From NCBI GenBank assembly GCA_051657715.1, contig JBOFLF010000015.1:13962-77961 (forward strand): a DNA stretch of 64,000 nucleotides. Direction: 5' to 3'. The DNA is from Angustibacter sp. Lineage in GTDB: Bacteria > Actinomycetota > Actinomycetes > Actinomycetales > Angustibacteraceae. The translations under genes were made by a program, and so were the position numbers. Below are positions 24,501 to 33,523 of this stretch, in pieces (within the stretch, counting starts at the first letter, position 1; the number at the start of each line of letters is the position of its first letter). The notes beneath the pieces are model-generated. The model worked only from the letters and a program-made list of their open reading frames with translations. It was not told where the DNA came from and made no database searches.

Positions 24501-26627
24501 GGTGAGCCCAGCACCGAGCACCAGCGCGTTGAACCGGTCGCTCTCCGCCCGCCCGCTCCACACCGCGGCGAACGCCTCCTGGAAGGTCGTGTGCGCGGAA
24601 CCGGCCGCTGAGCCGGCACCACGCGTGCGGCTATCGCCACAACGCGACCACCCGTCGGGACCCGGGTAGGTGAGGCCAAAATCGTAGACGTACACCCGGC
24701 GACCGTCGGTAAGGTCGAGACTGTAAGGACGTTCGTCGGTGACCTCGACGCCGAGGTCACCAAAGATCGGCAGCACCGCGGTGAGTGATACCGGAGACCG
24801 GCGATAGAGCTTGAACCGTCGGTCCGACGGCGGGCTGCCCGCGGGGTGGTAGAGGGTCGTTCGTGGCTCCTCGAACGCCTCCGTCCCAGGCCCGGCGCTG
24901 CCAGCCGAGGCTCGCCCGCCCTCCTCGGGCTCGTCGAGCAACCCGGCTATGGCTCGAACGTCGAAGACCGCGACGTCCGCCGGGAACGCCTCCTTGAACG
25001 CCTCGGGGAAAGCGCCCGCGTAGAGCACGCCGACCCGGGTGGCCTCCTGCTCGCCCAGCTCGGCCCGGAGCACCTCGGTGAAGTCCTCGTCCCACGTGCG
25101 GGTCGCGGCGATCAGGCGCTGCTCCAGCTCGGCGGCGTCCGTGTCCGGAACCGTCTGGCCCCGAGGCACACGGACCACGAAGTGCAACCGGGCCAGCACC
25201 GACTCGGACACCCGGGTGGTGTAGTCGACGCTCTCCCCGCCGAACGCCTCCTGCAGGATGTCGGCCATCCGCAGCCGCATCTGGGTGGTGTACCGGTCCC
25301 GCGGTAGGTACACCAGGCAGGACATGAACCGGCCATAGTCGTCCCGGCGCAAGAACAACCGTGTCCGGCGGCGCTCCTGCAGGTGCAGCACCGCTGTGGT
25401 GATCGCGTATAGATCCTCGACGTTGGTCTGGAACAGCTCGTCACGCGGGTAGGTCTCGAGGATCTCCAGCAGGTCCTTGCCGCTGTGGCTGTCCGCGGTG
25501 AACCCGCTGCGCCGCAACACCTCGCAGACCTTGGCGTCGATGACCGGCACCCGCAGCACCGACTCGGTGTACGCCGCGGACGTGAACAAACCGAGGAACC
25601 GTCGTTCTCCGACCACGTGCCCGGCGTCGTCGAACCGCTTGACGCCCACGTAGTCCAGGTATGCCGGGCGGTGCACGGTGGACCGTGAGTTGGCTTTGGT
25701 CAGCACCAGGATCCGGGGGTCCCGCGCCCGCGCTCGCGCCTGTGCCGGCAACCGACCGAAGCTGTCGCTGACCCGTTGATCGTGGCGGAACACCCCCAAC
25801 CCGGTGCCCGGGACCGCGCACAACTGCTCAGACGAGTCTGCCGACCCACCTACGGCGGCGCTGTCGGTGAGGGCGGTGCTGTTGGTGCTGTCGGTGAGGG
25901 CGTACTCGCGGTACCCGATGAAGGTGAAGTTGCCGTTCGCGAGCCAGTGCAGCAGCCGCTCGGCCTGCTCGACCTCCGCGCTCGGCACGTGCGGCGGACG
26001 GTGCTCCACCAACTCACCCGCTACCCCACGGGCAGCCTCACGCATCTTCGACCAGTCCTCGACGACGACCCGGACGTCGTCGAGGACCCGCCGCAGGTCG
26101 CCATTGACGGCATCCCGAGCGGCCGGGTTGGTCTCCCGATCGACCTCTAGGTGCATCCAGGACTCGCGGACCTGGCCATAGGGCAGCTCGGCGACCAGCT
26201 CGCCGGAGTCGAGCACCTCCTGCAGCTCGCCGGTCGCATCCCGCCGGACCACCAGCATCGGGTGCACCACCACATGGATCGACCGGCCCGTCCGGTTCAG
26301 CTCGGCGGTGACCGAGTCCACTAGGAAGGGCATGTCATCGGTGACCACCTGGATCACTGTGTGCCCGCCGGACCAGCCGTGCTCATCGTCGGCGGGCGTC
26401 AGCACCTGCACCCGGGCCACTCCGACCGGACGGTGCGCCGCGAGGTCACGGTGGGCGGTTACCGCCCGAAGGAGGTCCTCGGGGCGCCGGGCGAGCAGAT
26501 CGTCGTCCGGCACGTGGTGGAAGTACCTACCGAGCAGCACTCGAGCCTGCGGGAGGCCGGACCGCTCAGCGAGGCGGGCCGTCTCGTCGAGCAGCCGTGC
26601 TCTGGACCTCATCGACGACGTCGTCAT
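21579..26627 (-). CDS. gdh: large NAD-specific glutamate dehydrogenase (about 180 kDa class)
   Basis: About 1680 aa, colinear with Mtb Gdh (Rv2476c) in many blocks (RVEGVHLRFG.VARGGLRWSDR.EDFRTEILGLVKAQ.VKNAVIVP.GAKGGFV; GITARGAWE.VKRHFRE). Start likely the ATG at 26627; the ORF is open to 26690. Confidence 0.95.
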   Translation of the reverse strand: MTTSSMRSRARLLDETARLAERSGLPQARVLLGRYFHHVPDDDLLARRPEDLLRAVTAHRDLAAHRPVGVARVQVLTPADDEHGWSGGHTVIQVVTDDMPFLVDSVTAELNRTGRSIHVVVHPMLVVRRDATGELQEVLDSGELVAELPYGQVRESWMHLEVDRETNPAARDAVNGDLRRVLDDVRVVVEDWSKMREAARGVAGELVEHRPPHVPSAEVEQAERLLHWLANGNFTFIGYREYALTDSTNSTALTDSAAVGGSADSSEQLCAVPGTGLGVFRHDQRVSDSFGRLPAQARARARDPRILVLTKANSRSTVHRPAYLDYVGVKRFDDAGHVVGERRFLGLFTSAAYTESVLRVPVIDAKVCEVLRRSGFTADSHSGKDLLEILETYPRDELFQTNVEDLYAITTAVLHLQERRRTRLFLRRDDYGRFMSCLVYLPRDRYTTQMRLRMADILQEAFGGESVDYTTRVSESVLARLHFVVRVPRGQTVPDTDAAELEQRLIAATRTWDEDFTEVLRAELGEQEATRVGVLYAGAFPEAFKEAFPADVAVFDVRAIAGLLDEPEEGGRASAGSAGPGTEAFEEPRTTLYHPAGSPPSDRRFKLYRRSPVSLTAVLPIFGDLGVEVTDERPYSLDLTDGRRVYVYDFGLTYPGPDGWSRCGDSRTRGAGSAAGSAHTTFQEAFAAVWSGRAESDRFNALVLGAGLTWRQVSVLRAYVTYLRQGGLTFSRAYVESALAANVDSVRQLVELFETRFDPDRTIGGFAERQTVATTLATRIAAGLDEVASLDHDRILRGLLGAIQATVRTTYFQVDVHGLPRPYLAFKVDPHAVPELPRPWPEHEVWVYSPRVEGVHLRFGRVARGGLRWSDRREDFRTEILGLVKAQVVKNAVIVPTGAKGGFVTKQPPDPNDREAFLAEGIASYRTFISALLDLTDNLSGAGTDATVVPPPRLVRYDGDDTYLVVAADKGTASFSDIANQVAADYGFWLGDAFASGGSAGYDHKAMGITARGAWESVKRHFRELGLDTQTEDVTVVGVGDMSGDVFGNGMLLSRHIRLVAAFDHRHVFLDPDPDPAVSHAERRRLFELPSSSWDDYDRSLISSGGGVWPRSAKAIPVSPQIAQILGIPLQPGAATDQPVRLIPTDLLRAILVAPVDLLWNGGIGTYVKSSAEGAADAGDRANDLIRVNGSELRCRVVGEGGNLGLTQLGRIEAASHGVRVNTDAIDNSAGVDTSDHEVNIKILLSAVLADGGLTLEQRGGLLASMTDDVASLVLRDNYEQNVLLGNAREQAHAMMSVHQRLIRALVSSGQLNRELEFLPSDAQIARRQEAGLGLTSPEFSVLVAYAKNTLGDQLLASELPDDPWFATMLRSYFPAELVRRYGDRLDQHPLRRQIITTVLVNNLVNRGGITFAFRLQEEIAATPVQVARAYVVAREVFDLTGFVAEVEALDNRVPTRAQTAVYLEFRRLIDRAVRWLLQSRPTITDIAAEIDRFAPVVSALRGDVPRLLVGAERQRWADRQQEFIELGVPADLAGRTAVLLDCYALLDITEVSRATGTPAQRVAPLYFVVSERFGVDAMLAMITRLPRGDRWDALARAALRYDLYLVLEQLTTSVLRNTGRGDGQAQDPRSQLAAWEAVNREALDRVREMISEVRQSDHAGISALSVALRALRGVVRSTTSG

Positions 26628-26816
26628 GACTCCCTGGCCCTCGGTCCGAAACCCTGGACGACCCGATGGCCCGACGCGCACCACCGCCATCGATCACGCC
26701 CCGGCTGACCCTACTCGGACGACTGCTTCGACGCCGCTCGATCCACCGGCGGAGAACCCGCCCGATCCCACCGGCGGAGAACCTCAGGACGGCGAGCTGA
26801 ACCGGCCGCGCCTGCC

Positions 26817-27809
26817 TCACAGAAGACCGCGCAGCTCCCAGAGCATCGGGTAGAACCGCAACCCCAACCGGGACCGCAGGTATGGCGCGCCGGACGACCC
26901 ACCGGTACCAGACTTGGTCCCGATCTGCCGCTCGACCATGGCGACGTGCCGAGCCCGCCAGGCCGCCTGGGCCTGGTCGTGCCGCAGGAGCCCCTCGCCG
27001 AGCTCCCAGAGCTGGTCGTACCGAGCGCGGTCCCGGGCCACGGCGAGCAGCGAGGCCTGGACGTCGTCGTCGTCGGTTGCCAGGCCGGCGTCTCGCAGCA
27101 CGACCAGGTAGGCGTCCCACACGGTGGGCTCGGCAAGCCGGCGCTCCAGCCGAACCCGCTCATCGGCGGTGAGCCCCCGCAGCCGACGCAAGAAACCCCG
27201 GTCCTGGTGGCCGCTGAGGAACTCCAGCTCCCGGAACTGCACCGACTGGAACCCGCTGGCCGGGGCCAGTCGGTGCCGGAACTCCAAAAAGTCCTGCGGT
27301 GTCATGGTCTCCAGGACGTCCACCTGATGCACCAGCACGTCCTCGATGGTGGTCACCCGGCTCAGCAGGTGCCGAGCCCACCACAGACGTCCATCGATCA
27401 TCGCGTCCCGGGCACCTTCGAGCTCGTGCAGCAGCTGCTTGAACCACAGCTCGTACACCTGGTGGACGACGACGAACAGCAGCTCGTCGTGCGCGGGTGG
27501 GTCGCTTTGGGGCACCTGCTGGTCGAGCAGTCCGGGCAACCGCAGGTACGAGCCGTAGGTGAGCCGTCCACCCTCCTCGCCGAAGGCGCGCCCTCGGTCG
27601 GAGCCAGCGTCGGGGCCGGAGCCAGCGTCGGGACGGGAGCCAGCGTCGGGACGGGAGCCAGCGTCGGGGTCGGGGTCGGAGCCGGAGCCGGAGCCAGCCG
27701 GTGGCTCATCCGCCACCGGCACCCACGTGTCGTCGGGCTCCATGGCCCCGTAGCGTAGGCGCGCGCTCCGGGTCATCGGAGCCGGAGCGCCGGACCGGCG
27801 AGATCGCAC
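26817..27809 (-). CDS. kynA: tryptophan 2,3-dioxygenase
   Basis: TDO core motifs LTYGSYLRLPGLLDQQ, HDELLFVVVHQVYELWFKQLLHE, RTGGSSG-like GTGGSSGAPYL. N-terminal extension with a repeat. Start ambiguous (27809, 27776 or 27743). Confidence 0.85.
   Translation of the reverse strand: MRSRRSGAPAPMTRSARLRYGAMEPDDTWVPVADEPPAGSGSGSDPDPDAGSRPDAGSRPDAGSGPDAGSDRGRAFGEEGGRLTYGSYLRLPGLLDQQVPQSDPPAHDELLFVVVHQVYELWFKQLLHELEGARDAMIDGRLWWARHLLSRVTTIEDVLVHQVDVLETMTPQDFLEFRHRLAPASGFQSVQFRELEFLSGHQDRGFLRRLRGLTADERVRLERRLAEPTVWDAYLVVLRDAGLATDDDDVQASLLAVARDRARYDQLWELGEGLLRHDQAQAAWRARHVAMVERQIGTKSGTGGSSGAPYLRSRLGLRFYPMLWELRGLL
27600..27671. repeat. 18-bp x4 in-frame tandem repeat in the kynA 5' region
   Basis: GGAGCCAGCGTCGGG(G/A)(C/T)(C/G) occurs four times head to tail. 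It encodes (PDAGS[RG])4 and is followed by GS/DP dipeptide repeats. Confidence 0.9.
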
Positions 27810-27863
27810 CTGCGGGAACGGGTGGGAGATCGCCTCCGCAGAAACAGATCAGGAGCAGACCTC

Positions 27864-28358
27864 GTGCACTTCACCGCCGCCATCGAGTACCGGGCCAACG
27901 TCGAGCAGGTGTTCGCGATGATCACCGACCAGAGCTTCCAAGAAGAGGTGTGCCGACGTACCGGCGCCCTGGAGCACACGGTTCAGATCAGCCAAGACCA
28001 CGACGGCGGGGTGTCCATCACCACGGTGCGGGTGCTGCCGTCCGACCCGCTGCCGGACTTCGCTCGACGATTCGTCGGCGACACCCTGTCGGTACGCCGG
28101 GTGGACACCTGGGGCGCCCCGTCGGTCGACGGCACCCGGCGCGGCGACCTGCTGGTGGAGATCACCGGCGCTCCGGTGCGGCTGATCGGCGGCGTCGCCT
28201 TGACCACCGATGGCGAGCTGACCCGGGTGGGGGTCACAGGTGACCTCAAAGCGTCCGTGCCGCTGGTGGGCGGCAAGATCGAGCAGGCCACCGAGCGTCC
28301 GATCCGGATGGCGATCGCCAAGGAGCAGGAGGTGGGCAAGTCCTGGCTGGCCCACTGA
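27864..28358 (+). CDS. SRPBCC-fold protein (DUF2505-like)
   Basis: About 164 aa from the GTG at 27864, preceded by AGGAG. Pattern VHFTAAIEY.A.VEQVFAM..D..F is typical of actinobacterial DUF2505 proteins. Assignment is from memory of the family. Confidence 0.55.
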   Translation: MHFTAAIEYRANVEQVFAMITDQSFQEEVCRRTGALEHTVQISQDHDGGVSITTVRVLPSDPLPDFARRFVGDTLSVRRVDTWGAPSVDGTRRGDLLVEITGAPVRLIGGVALTTDGELTRVGVTGDLKASVPLVGGKIEQATERPIRMAIAKEQEVGKSWLAH

Positions 28359-28396
28359 CCGTTGCTGACGACCGCTTGCCGCTGACGACTGTCCGG

Positions 28397-28771
28397 TCAG
28401 CGAGGTCGGCGGATCTGCCGCACCCGTGCGGACCGGCCCCACGCCGTGTCAGCCGTCCAGACCACGGCGTCTAGGCGATCGGCGGTGGCCAGGCACAGCC
28501 GGTCTGCCAGCGAGAGCGCGCCATCGCAGACCCACTGCTCGGCAGCGTCCTCGGCGTCCTCGAGCAGCACCGGCTCAACCTGGAGCCCGTAGCTCAGCAA
28601 CAGGGCGCGCGACAGGGACCAATCACCCCCGTGCTGGCGCACCTTCTGCGCCACCTCGGCCCAGTTCGCCGCGCTACATCGGCCACCGGTTTCGAGCTCC
28701 CGCATGACGACCTGAGAGCCCTTCTCCCGCTTCAGGAAGCACAGCAGCGCGGATGAGTCGAACAGGTTCAC
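28397..28771 (-). CDS. vapC: PIN-domain toxin (VapC-like)
   Basis: 124 aa. N-terminal acidic PIN motif MNLFDSSALL and further conserved acidic residues (..LSLADRLCLATA..). Lies 16 nt downstream of a small AbrB-type gene. Confidence 0.8.
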   Translation of the reverse strand: MNLFDSSALLCFLKREKGSQVVMRELETGGRCSAANWAEVAQKVRQHGGDWSLSRALLLSYGLQVEPVLLEDAEDAAEQWVCDGALSLADRLCLATADRLDAVVWTADTAWGRSARVRQIRRPR

Positions 28772-28786
28772 CTCGACTGCCTCGGC

Positions 28787-29026
28787 TCAATCGCCCTGCG
28801 CGGCTGCTGCGCGCCGCTCGGCGAGCAGCGCACCGACGAGGTCGTGCCCGTCCAAGTCCTCCTGAACCATGTGGGCCAGCTGTTCCCTGGTGACGAGCAC
28901 CAGACCGCGCGAGGTCTCGAGAAGCACGATCGTCGCGCCAGTGTCGAGATGCATCCGGTGACGCAGGGGGGCGGGTAGGACCAAACGGCCACGATCTCCC
29001 ATCGTCACCGTGTATGTCCCACCCAT
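28787..29026 (-). CDS. vapB: AbrB/SpoVT-type antitoxin (VapB-like)
   Basis: 79 aa. Swapped-hairpin motif VTMGDRGRLVLPAPLRHRMHLDTGATIVL. Immediately upstream of the PIN gene. Confidence 0.75.
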   Translation of the reverse strand: MGGTYTVTMGDRGRLVLPAPLRHRMHLDTGATIVLLETSRGLVLVTREQLAHMVQEDLDGHDLVGALLAERRAAAAQGD

Positions 29027-29118
29027 GACGTCAATGTACCACTGAGGGGTGGTGCTGCTGAGACCACCGAGCCAGCTGAACCACGGACGGCTCCGAACCG
29101 CGGTGCGAGAATGTCCTG

Positions 29119-30726
29119 GTGACCAGCGAGGAGCAGCCGAAGTCCACCGACCACCGCAGCCGGCCGACGTCAGAGGCGTTCAAGCGGTTCATCGCCAGCG
29201 GGTGGGGTTCCAGCCCGGATGGGCTGCCGGCGCTGGCCGAGGCTGCCCGGTGGACGCCGGCCCGGCGTCGGGCAGTGTCCGACGCGTTTCCCGGCGACCG
29301 GCTCGTGGTCCCCGCCGGTGGCCTGAAGGTGCGCAGCAACGACACCGACCACCCGTTCCGTCCACATTCCGCGTTCGCGCACCTGACCGGGCTCGGCGCC
29401 GACCGGGAGCCGGATGCCGTCCTGGTGCTGGAGCCTCGAGACGGTGGCGCCACGACCGAGGGCGCCGGGCACGATGCCGTGCTCTACTTCCGGCCGCGGG
29501 CCGGACGGGACGCTGAGGAGTTCTACGCCGACCCTCGCTACGGCGAGCTCTGGGTGGGTGCCCGACCGAGCCTGACGGAGATCGAGGCCGAGCTCGGCAT
29601 CGCCACACGGCACCTGGACGAGGCACCCGCCGCGATCACCAAGGACGTCGGCGCGGTGCGGGTCCGCATCGTCCGGGACGCCGACCGGGATCTCACCGCC
29701 CTCGTCGACCAGACGCGCGCCTCGGCCAAGGACCTCACGTCAGCCGCCGCGGTCACAGACGCCGCGGCTGGCGCCGACGTCAGCTCGGACACCGACGACC
29801 ACTGCGGTGACCACGAGCACTGCGGTGACCAGCACTGCGGTGACCAGCACTGCGGTGACCACGAGTTGGCGCGAGTGCTGTCCGAGCTGCGACTGGTCAA
29901 GGACGAGTGGGAGGTCGGGCAGCTGCGGCTGGCCTGCGCGGCTACCGCGCAGGGTTTCGCCTCGATCGCCCGCACCCTCCCGCATGCCGTCCGTCACGGT
30001 CGCGGCGAGCGCCTGGTAGAGGGACAGTTCGCTCTCGTGGCCCGGCACCTCGGCAACGACGTCGGCTACGCCTCGATCGCGGCGTCCGGCGAGCACGCGA
30101 ACACCCTGCACTGGATCCGCAACGACGGCGAGGTCCGCGACGGCGACCTGATCCTGATCGATGCCGGCGTCGAGGTGGAGTCGCTCTACACCGCGGACGT
30201 CACCCGCACCTTGCCGGTGAACGGCCGGTTCTCGGACGCACAGCGCGAGGTGTACCAGGCAGTGCTGGACGCGCAGCAGGCTGGTCTGGCCGCCGTTCGG
30301 CCGGGAAACCGGTTCAAGGACGTGCACGCGGCCGCCATCCGGGTGATCGCCGAGCGGCTGGATGCCTGGGGCCTGTTGCCGGACGGAGTGGACGTCGAGA
30401 CGACGCTCAGTGACCAGGGCGGGTACCACCGGCGGTGGATGATCCACGGCACCAGCCACCACCTGGGCATCGACGTGCACGACTGCGCGCAGGCCCGCCG
30501 CGAGCAGTACCTGGGCGCGCGGCTGCGGCCGGGCATGGTGCTCACCGTCGAGCCAGGCCTGTACTTCCGCGGTGACGACGAGCTGGTGCCAGCACGGCTG
30601 CGCGGGATCGGGGTGCGAATCGAGGACGACGTCCTCGTCACCGAGGACGGCTGTGAAAACCTCTCGGCGGCACTCCCCCGCGATCCGGACGACGTCGAGG
30701 CGTGGCTGGCGGCGCAGCAAGCGTGA
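29119..30726 (+). CDS. Xaa-Pro aminopeptidase (M24B, PepP/PepQ-like)
   Basis: 535 aa. N-terminal creatinase/AMP_N-like domain and a C-terminal pita-bread domain with metal ligands (DLILIDAGVE...YTADVTRT, HGTSHHLGIDVHD, LTVEPGLY, GIGVRIEDDVLVT). Contains a His/Cys repeat insertion. Confidence 0.85.
   Translation: MTSEEQPKSTDHRSRPTSEAFKRFIASGWGSSPDGLPALAEAARWTPARRRAVSDAFPGDRLVVPAGGLKVRSNDTDHPFRPHSAFAHLTGLGADREPDAVLVLEPRDGGATTEGAGHDAVLYFRPRAGRDAEEFYADPRYGELWVGARPSLTEIEAELGIATRHLDEAPAAITKDVGAVRVRIVRDADRDLTALVDQTRASAKDLTSAAAVTDAAAGADVSSDTDDHCGDHEHCGDQHCGDQHCGDHELARVLSELRLVKDEWEVGQLRLACAATAQGFASIARTLPHAVRHGRGERLVEGQFALVARHLGNDVGYASIAASGEHANTLHWIRNDGEVRDGDLILIDAGVEVESLYTADVTRTLPVNGRFSDAQREVYQAVLDAQQAGLAAVRPGNRFKDVHAAAIRVIAERLDAWGLLPDGVDVETTLSDQGGYHRRWMIHGTSHHLGIDVHDCAQARREQYLGARLRPGMVLTVEPGLYFRGDDELVPARLRGIGVRIEDDVLVTEDGCENLSAALPRDPDDVEAWLAAQQA
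29800..29866. repeat. 15/18-bp x4 in-frame tandem repeat encoding HCGD(H/Q)(E)
   Basis: CACTGCGGTGACC starts at 29800, 29818, 29833 and 29848. The translation is HCGDHE-HCGDQ-HCGDQ-HCGDHE. Confidence 0.9.
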
Positions 30727-30836
30727 CTGCCCGGCCGCGCCGGGCCGCACCCAACGCGCGTGTCCTGACCAGCTGGCGAGGCTGCCATCCCCCGATCGGC
30801 GGGCGGTGCTGACTGATCACGAATGACCTGACAGCA

Positions 30837-31427
30837 TTGGGTGACGTGAGCCTGCTGCAGATCCCCCCGGACCGTCGACCGCTCGCCACCGTGGTCGCGG
30901 TCGGTTCCCTCGCGGTGCTCTGTGTCGCTGGCCTGGTGCTCGGGCTGCAGGGCCTGTTTGCCCCGGCCGGCAGCGAGCCGACGTCCAGCTCCGCGCCCGT
31001 CCAGGACTCCGTCGGCAGCCAGGACGCATCCGACACCCCGGTCAGTGGCCAGGAGAGCGACAAGACTCGGTCGACTGAAACCCCTGACGCGGCCGATCGA
31101 GTCGGCTTCCTCTCCCCGACCGGGAACATCGGGTGCACGATCAGCAGCGCCGGCGCACGCTGCGACATCACCGAACGGGACTGGCAGCCGCCACCGAAGC
31201 CGGCGTCTTGCACCGCGACGTGGGGCCAAGGTCTGCAGGTTGACAGCCGCTCGGCTCGGATGAGCTGCGTGTCGGATCGAGTCGGGGGTGGCGATCGACT
31301 GTCCTACGGCCAGAGCCTGACGCGTGGCGAGTTCACCTGCCGAAGCGCTCAGGACGGCATGACGTGTACGTACCGGCCGAACGGGCACGGGTTCACGTTG
31401 TCCCGCATGACGTACGACATCCGCTGA
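30837..31427 (+). CDS. hypothetical membrane-anchored/secreted Cys-containing protein
   Basis: N-terminal TM (PLATVVAVGSLAVLCVAGLVLGL), an S/T/D-rich linker, then a C-terminal domain with six Cys. Start is the TTG at 30837 or the GTG at 30846. Confidence 0.5.
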   Translation: MGDVSLLQIPPDRRPLATVVAVGSLAVLCVAGLVLGLQGLFAPAGSEPTSSSAPVQDSVGSQDASDTPVSGQESDKTRSTETPDAADRVGFLSPTGNIGCTISSAGARCDITERDWQPPPKPASCTATWGQGLQVDSRSARMSCVSDRVGGGDRLSYGQSLTRGEFTCRSAQDGMTCTYRPNGHGFTLSRMTYDIR

Positions 31428-31450
31428 CCAGCGGTTTCGCGGCTAGACCG

Positions 31451-31963
31451 TCAGAGGGTCTGCTGGGGGCGGCCGGGCATCTCCTGCAACGTGGTCTGCG
31501 CCTGCGCCAGCAACCGGTGCTCCACCAGAACCTCGTAGCGGGTGGCCACCACCTGAGAGACCGACGTGAAGTCACGACGACCACCGGTCGCGGCGTAGCT
31601 GGCGATGGCGAACGCGATGCCGAACATGACGCCGATCAGCACGCCGGTGAGGATCGCCGCCACAGCGCTGCCTCCGCTTTGGAACAAGCTCAGCAGCAAC
31701 CCTACGAACAACCCCATCCAGGCCCCTGACGCCGCGCCGGCCGCAGCGGCCCGGGCATACGTGAGCCTTCCGGTGACTCGCTCGACCTGCCGCAGATCGG
31801 TGCCGACGATCATGCAGTTCTGGACCGCGAATTCACGGTCCGACAAGAAGTCGACGGCACGTTGGGCGTCTTCGTACTTGTCGAAGACGCCCAGGGACTG
31901 GGGAAAGTCCAGCGCGAGCACCGGGCGGCCCCGGCGGGTCCTTGGTCCGGTGGATGCCACCAT
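31451..31963 (-). CDS. general-stress-protein-like membrane protein (YflT-type N-domain plus glycine-zipper TM segments)
   Basis: 170 aa. FDKYEDAQRAVDFLSDREFAVQNCMIVGTDLR, then Gly/Ala-rich helices. Adjacent to dps. Confidence 0.5.
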   Translation of the reverse strand: MVASTGPRTRRGRPVLALDFPQSLGVFDKYEDAQRAVDFLSDREFAVQNCMIVGTDLRQVERVTGRLTYARAAAAGAASGAWMGLFVGLLLSLFQSGGSAVAAILTGVLIGVMFGIAFAIASYAATGGRRDFTSVSQVVATRYEVLVEHRLLAQAQTTLQEMPGRPQQTL

Positions 31964-32079
31964 GTCGTTTAGCCTCCTCGGCGCGCCGTCTGTTGCACGT
32001 CCAGGGTGTCATGACGTGGATCTGCGCGATGGCGCACCCAGCTGGTGGCCTACCGCCCTCGAAGCTGTCGGGGTCCGGG

Positions 32080-32643
32080 TCAGCCGACCGCCGCAGCCTG
32101 ATCGGCGGCCTCACGCTCGGACGTCGAGCCCGCGGTGGACAGGTCACCGCCGAGGTTTTCCAGATGCGCGCGGACGAACCAGTGGAACTGCTCCAGTTGC
32201 CGCAGGTGCCCGATGAGCAGATCCTCGGTGATCGGGTCCGGTTCGGCGGTCTGCTGCTGTGCCGCCCGGTGATCGGAGATCACCCCGGCGTACACCAGAT
32301 CCAGCGCACCCAGGTGGTGCTGGGTGGTGGCACGGCCGAGGGAGTAGTCGTCCCAGGACCGCTGCTCCACGATGACGCCCGGAGTCCCGAGCGGCGCGAC
32401 GCCAAGGGCTGCCATTCGTTCCGCGGCCTCGTCCGCCATGGTGCGTACCGCCTCGATCTGCGGGTCGAGCATCTCGTGGACGGCGATGAAGTTCGGTCCG
32501 ATGACGTTCCAGTGCACATGTTTGAGAGTGAGCGCCAGATCGTTGAGGGCGTTGAGCCGGTCCTGCAAAACGGCGGCGACGTGGCCTCCGGTCTCCCGGT
32601 CGAGGCCTGGAACGGTGTAGTGGGGGGTGATGTCGACAGTCAT
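32080..32643 (-). CDS. dps: Dps (DNA starvation/stationary-phase protection ferritin-like protein)
   Basis: 187 aa with ferroxidase-site pattern LKHVHWNVIGPNFIAVHEMLD...E..DE.AER. Typical Dps length. Confidence 0.93.
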   Translation of the reverse strand: MTVDITPHYTVPGLDRETGGHVAAVLQDRLNALNDLALTLKHVHWNVIGPNFIAVHEMLDPQIEAVRTMADEAAERMAALGVAPLGTPGVIVEQRSWDDYSLGRATTQHHLGALDLVYAGVISDHRAAQQQTAEPDPITEDLLIGHLRQLEQFHWFVRAHLENLGGDLSTAGSTSEREAADQAAAVG

Positions 32644-32695
32644 CTGAAGTCCTCCTCGGCGTCCTGGTCGACGTCAACGCTAGGTTGAGCCGGCG

Positions 32696-33253
32696 GTGCC
32701 CGCGCGTCGAAACCAGCCGGTGTGGCAGGCTTCCCGGGTGGACGACAGCCACCACAGCCGTCGCCTGTTCGCCGAAGCGGCGACCAAGAGCGGACTCTGC
32801 TGGATTCGCCCGGACGGCACTGACCGGTGGTGGCCGGTGTGGCACGTCTGGGACGACGACGCGGTCCTGGTGGTGTCCGGCAACGGCGAGCAGGAGCTGC
32901 CACCGTTGACCGGCACGGTATGGATCCTGTTGCGCAGCAAGAGCAACGGCGCCCGGCTGGTGACCGCGCCCGCTCAGGTTGAACCAGTCGACGCGAGCAC
33001 CGCCGAAGGCCAGCAGATCGCGCGGACGCTCGCCGCCGGACGGCTCAACGCCGACGGTCTCCCAGCCGCGGTCGCCCAGCGCTGGGCGGACGACACCAAC
33101 GTCCGGCTCACCCGCCTGCACCCGCTCAGCACCGTCCATGACCAGGTCGATCACGCTGCTGGCAGCGGTGCCGCGCCACCGGCGCCAACCCCCGCAGCCC
33201 CAGTGGTCCGCAGGCCATGGCATCTTCGCGGACGCCGTCCCCGCCGCACGTGA
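32696..33253 (+). CDS. conserved hypothetical protein
   Basis: Codon bias is coding-like (GLCWIRPDGTDRWWPVWHVWDDDAVLVVSG...). No motif recognised. Start uncertain (32696 or the GTG at 32738). Confidence 0.4.
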   Translation: MPARRNQPVWQASRVDDSHHSRRLFAEAATKSGLCWIRPDGTDRWWPVWHVWDDDAVLVVSGNGEQELPPLTGTVWILLRSKSNGARLVTAPAQVEPVDASTAEGQQIARTLAAGRLNADGLPAAVAQRWADDTNVRLTRLHPLSTVHDQVDHAAGSGAAPPAPTPAAPVVRRPWHLRGRRPRRT

Positions 33254-33301
33254 CGACCGCACCCGCCGAGCACGGCCCACCCTTGGGGGTACATTGGGGT
33301 C

Positions 33302-33523
33302 ATGCCCAAGGTCAGCGTCTACCTCCCCGACGATCTCTACGCCGCCGTTCGGGACCGGGGTATCCCGCTGTCCGCGTTGACCCAGAAGGCTGTGCAGGCA
33401 ACGTTGCGAGCCGCGGACAACGAGGCGTGGATCGCTCGGATGCGGGCTCGGACCCGGCCTCGGGTGGCGGCGTTCGACACCACCGAGCTGATGGATGAAG
33501 TCCGCGACGAGTTCGACTCGTGA
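33302..33523 (+). CDS. ribbon-helix-helix-type antitoxin
   Basis: 73 aa. MPKVSVYLPDDLYAAVRDRGIPLSALTQKAV is an RHH/CopG-like N-terminus. Its stop overlaps the start of the PIN gene (ATGA-type overlap at 33520-33523). Confidence 0.7.
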   Translation: MPKVSVYLPDDLYAAVRDRGIPLSALTQKAVQATLRAADNEAWIARMRARTRPRVAAFDTTELMDEVRDEFDS

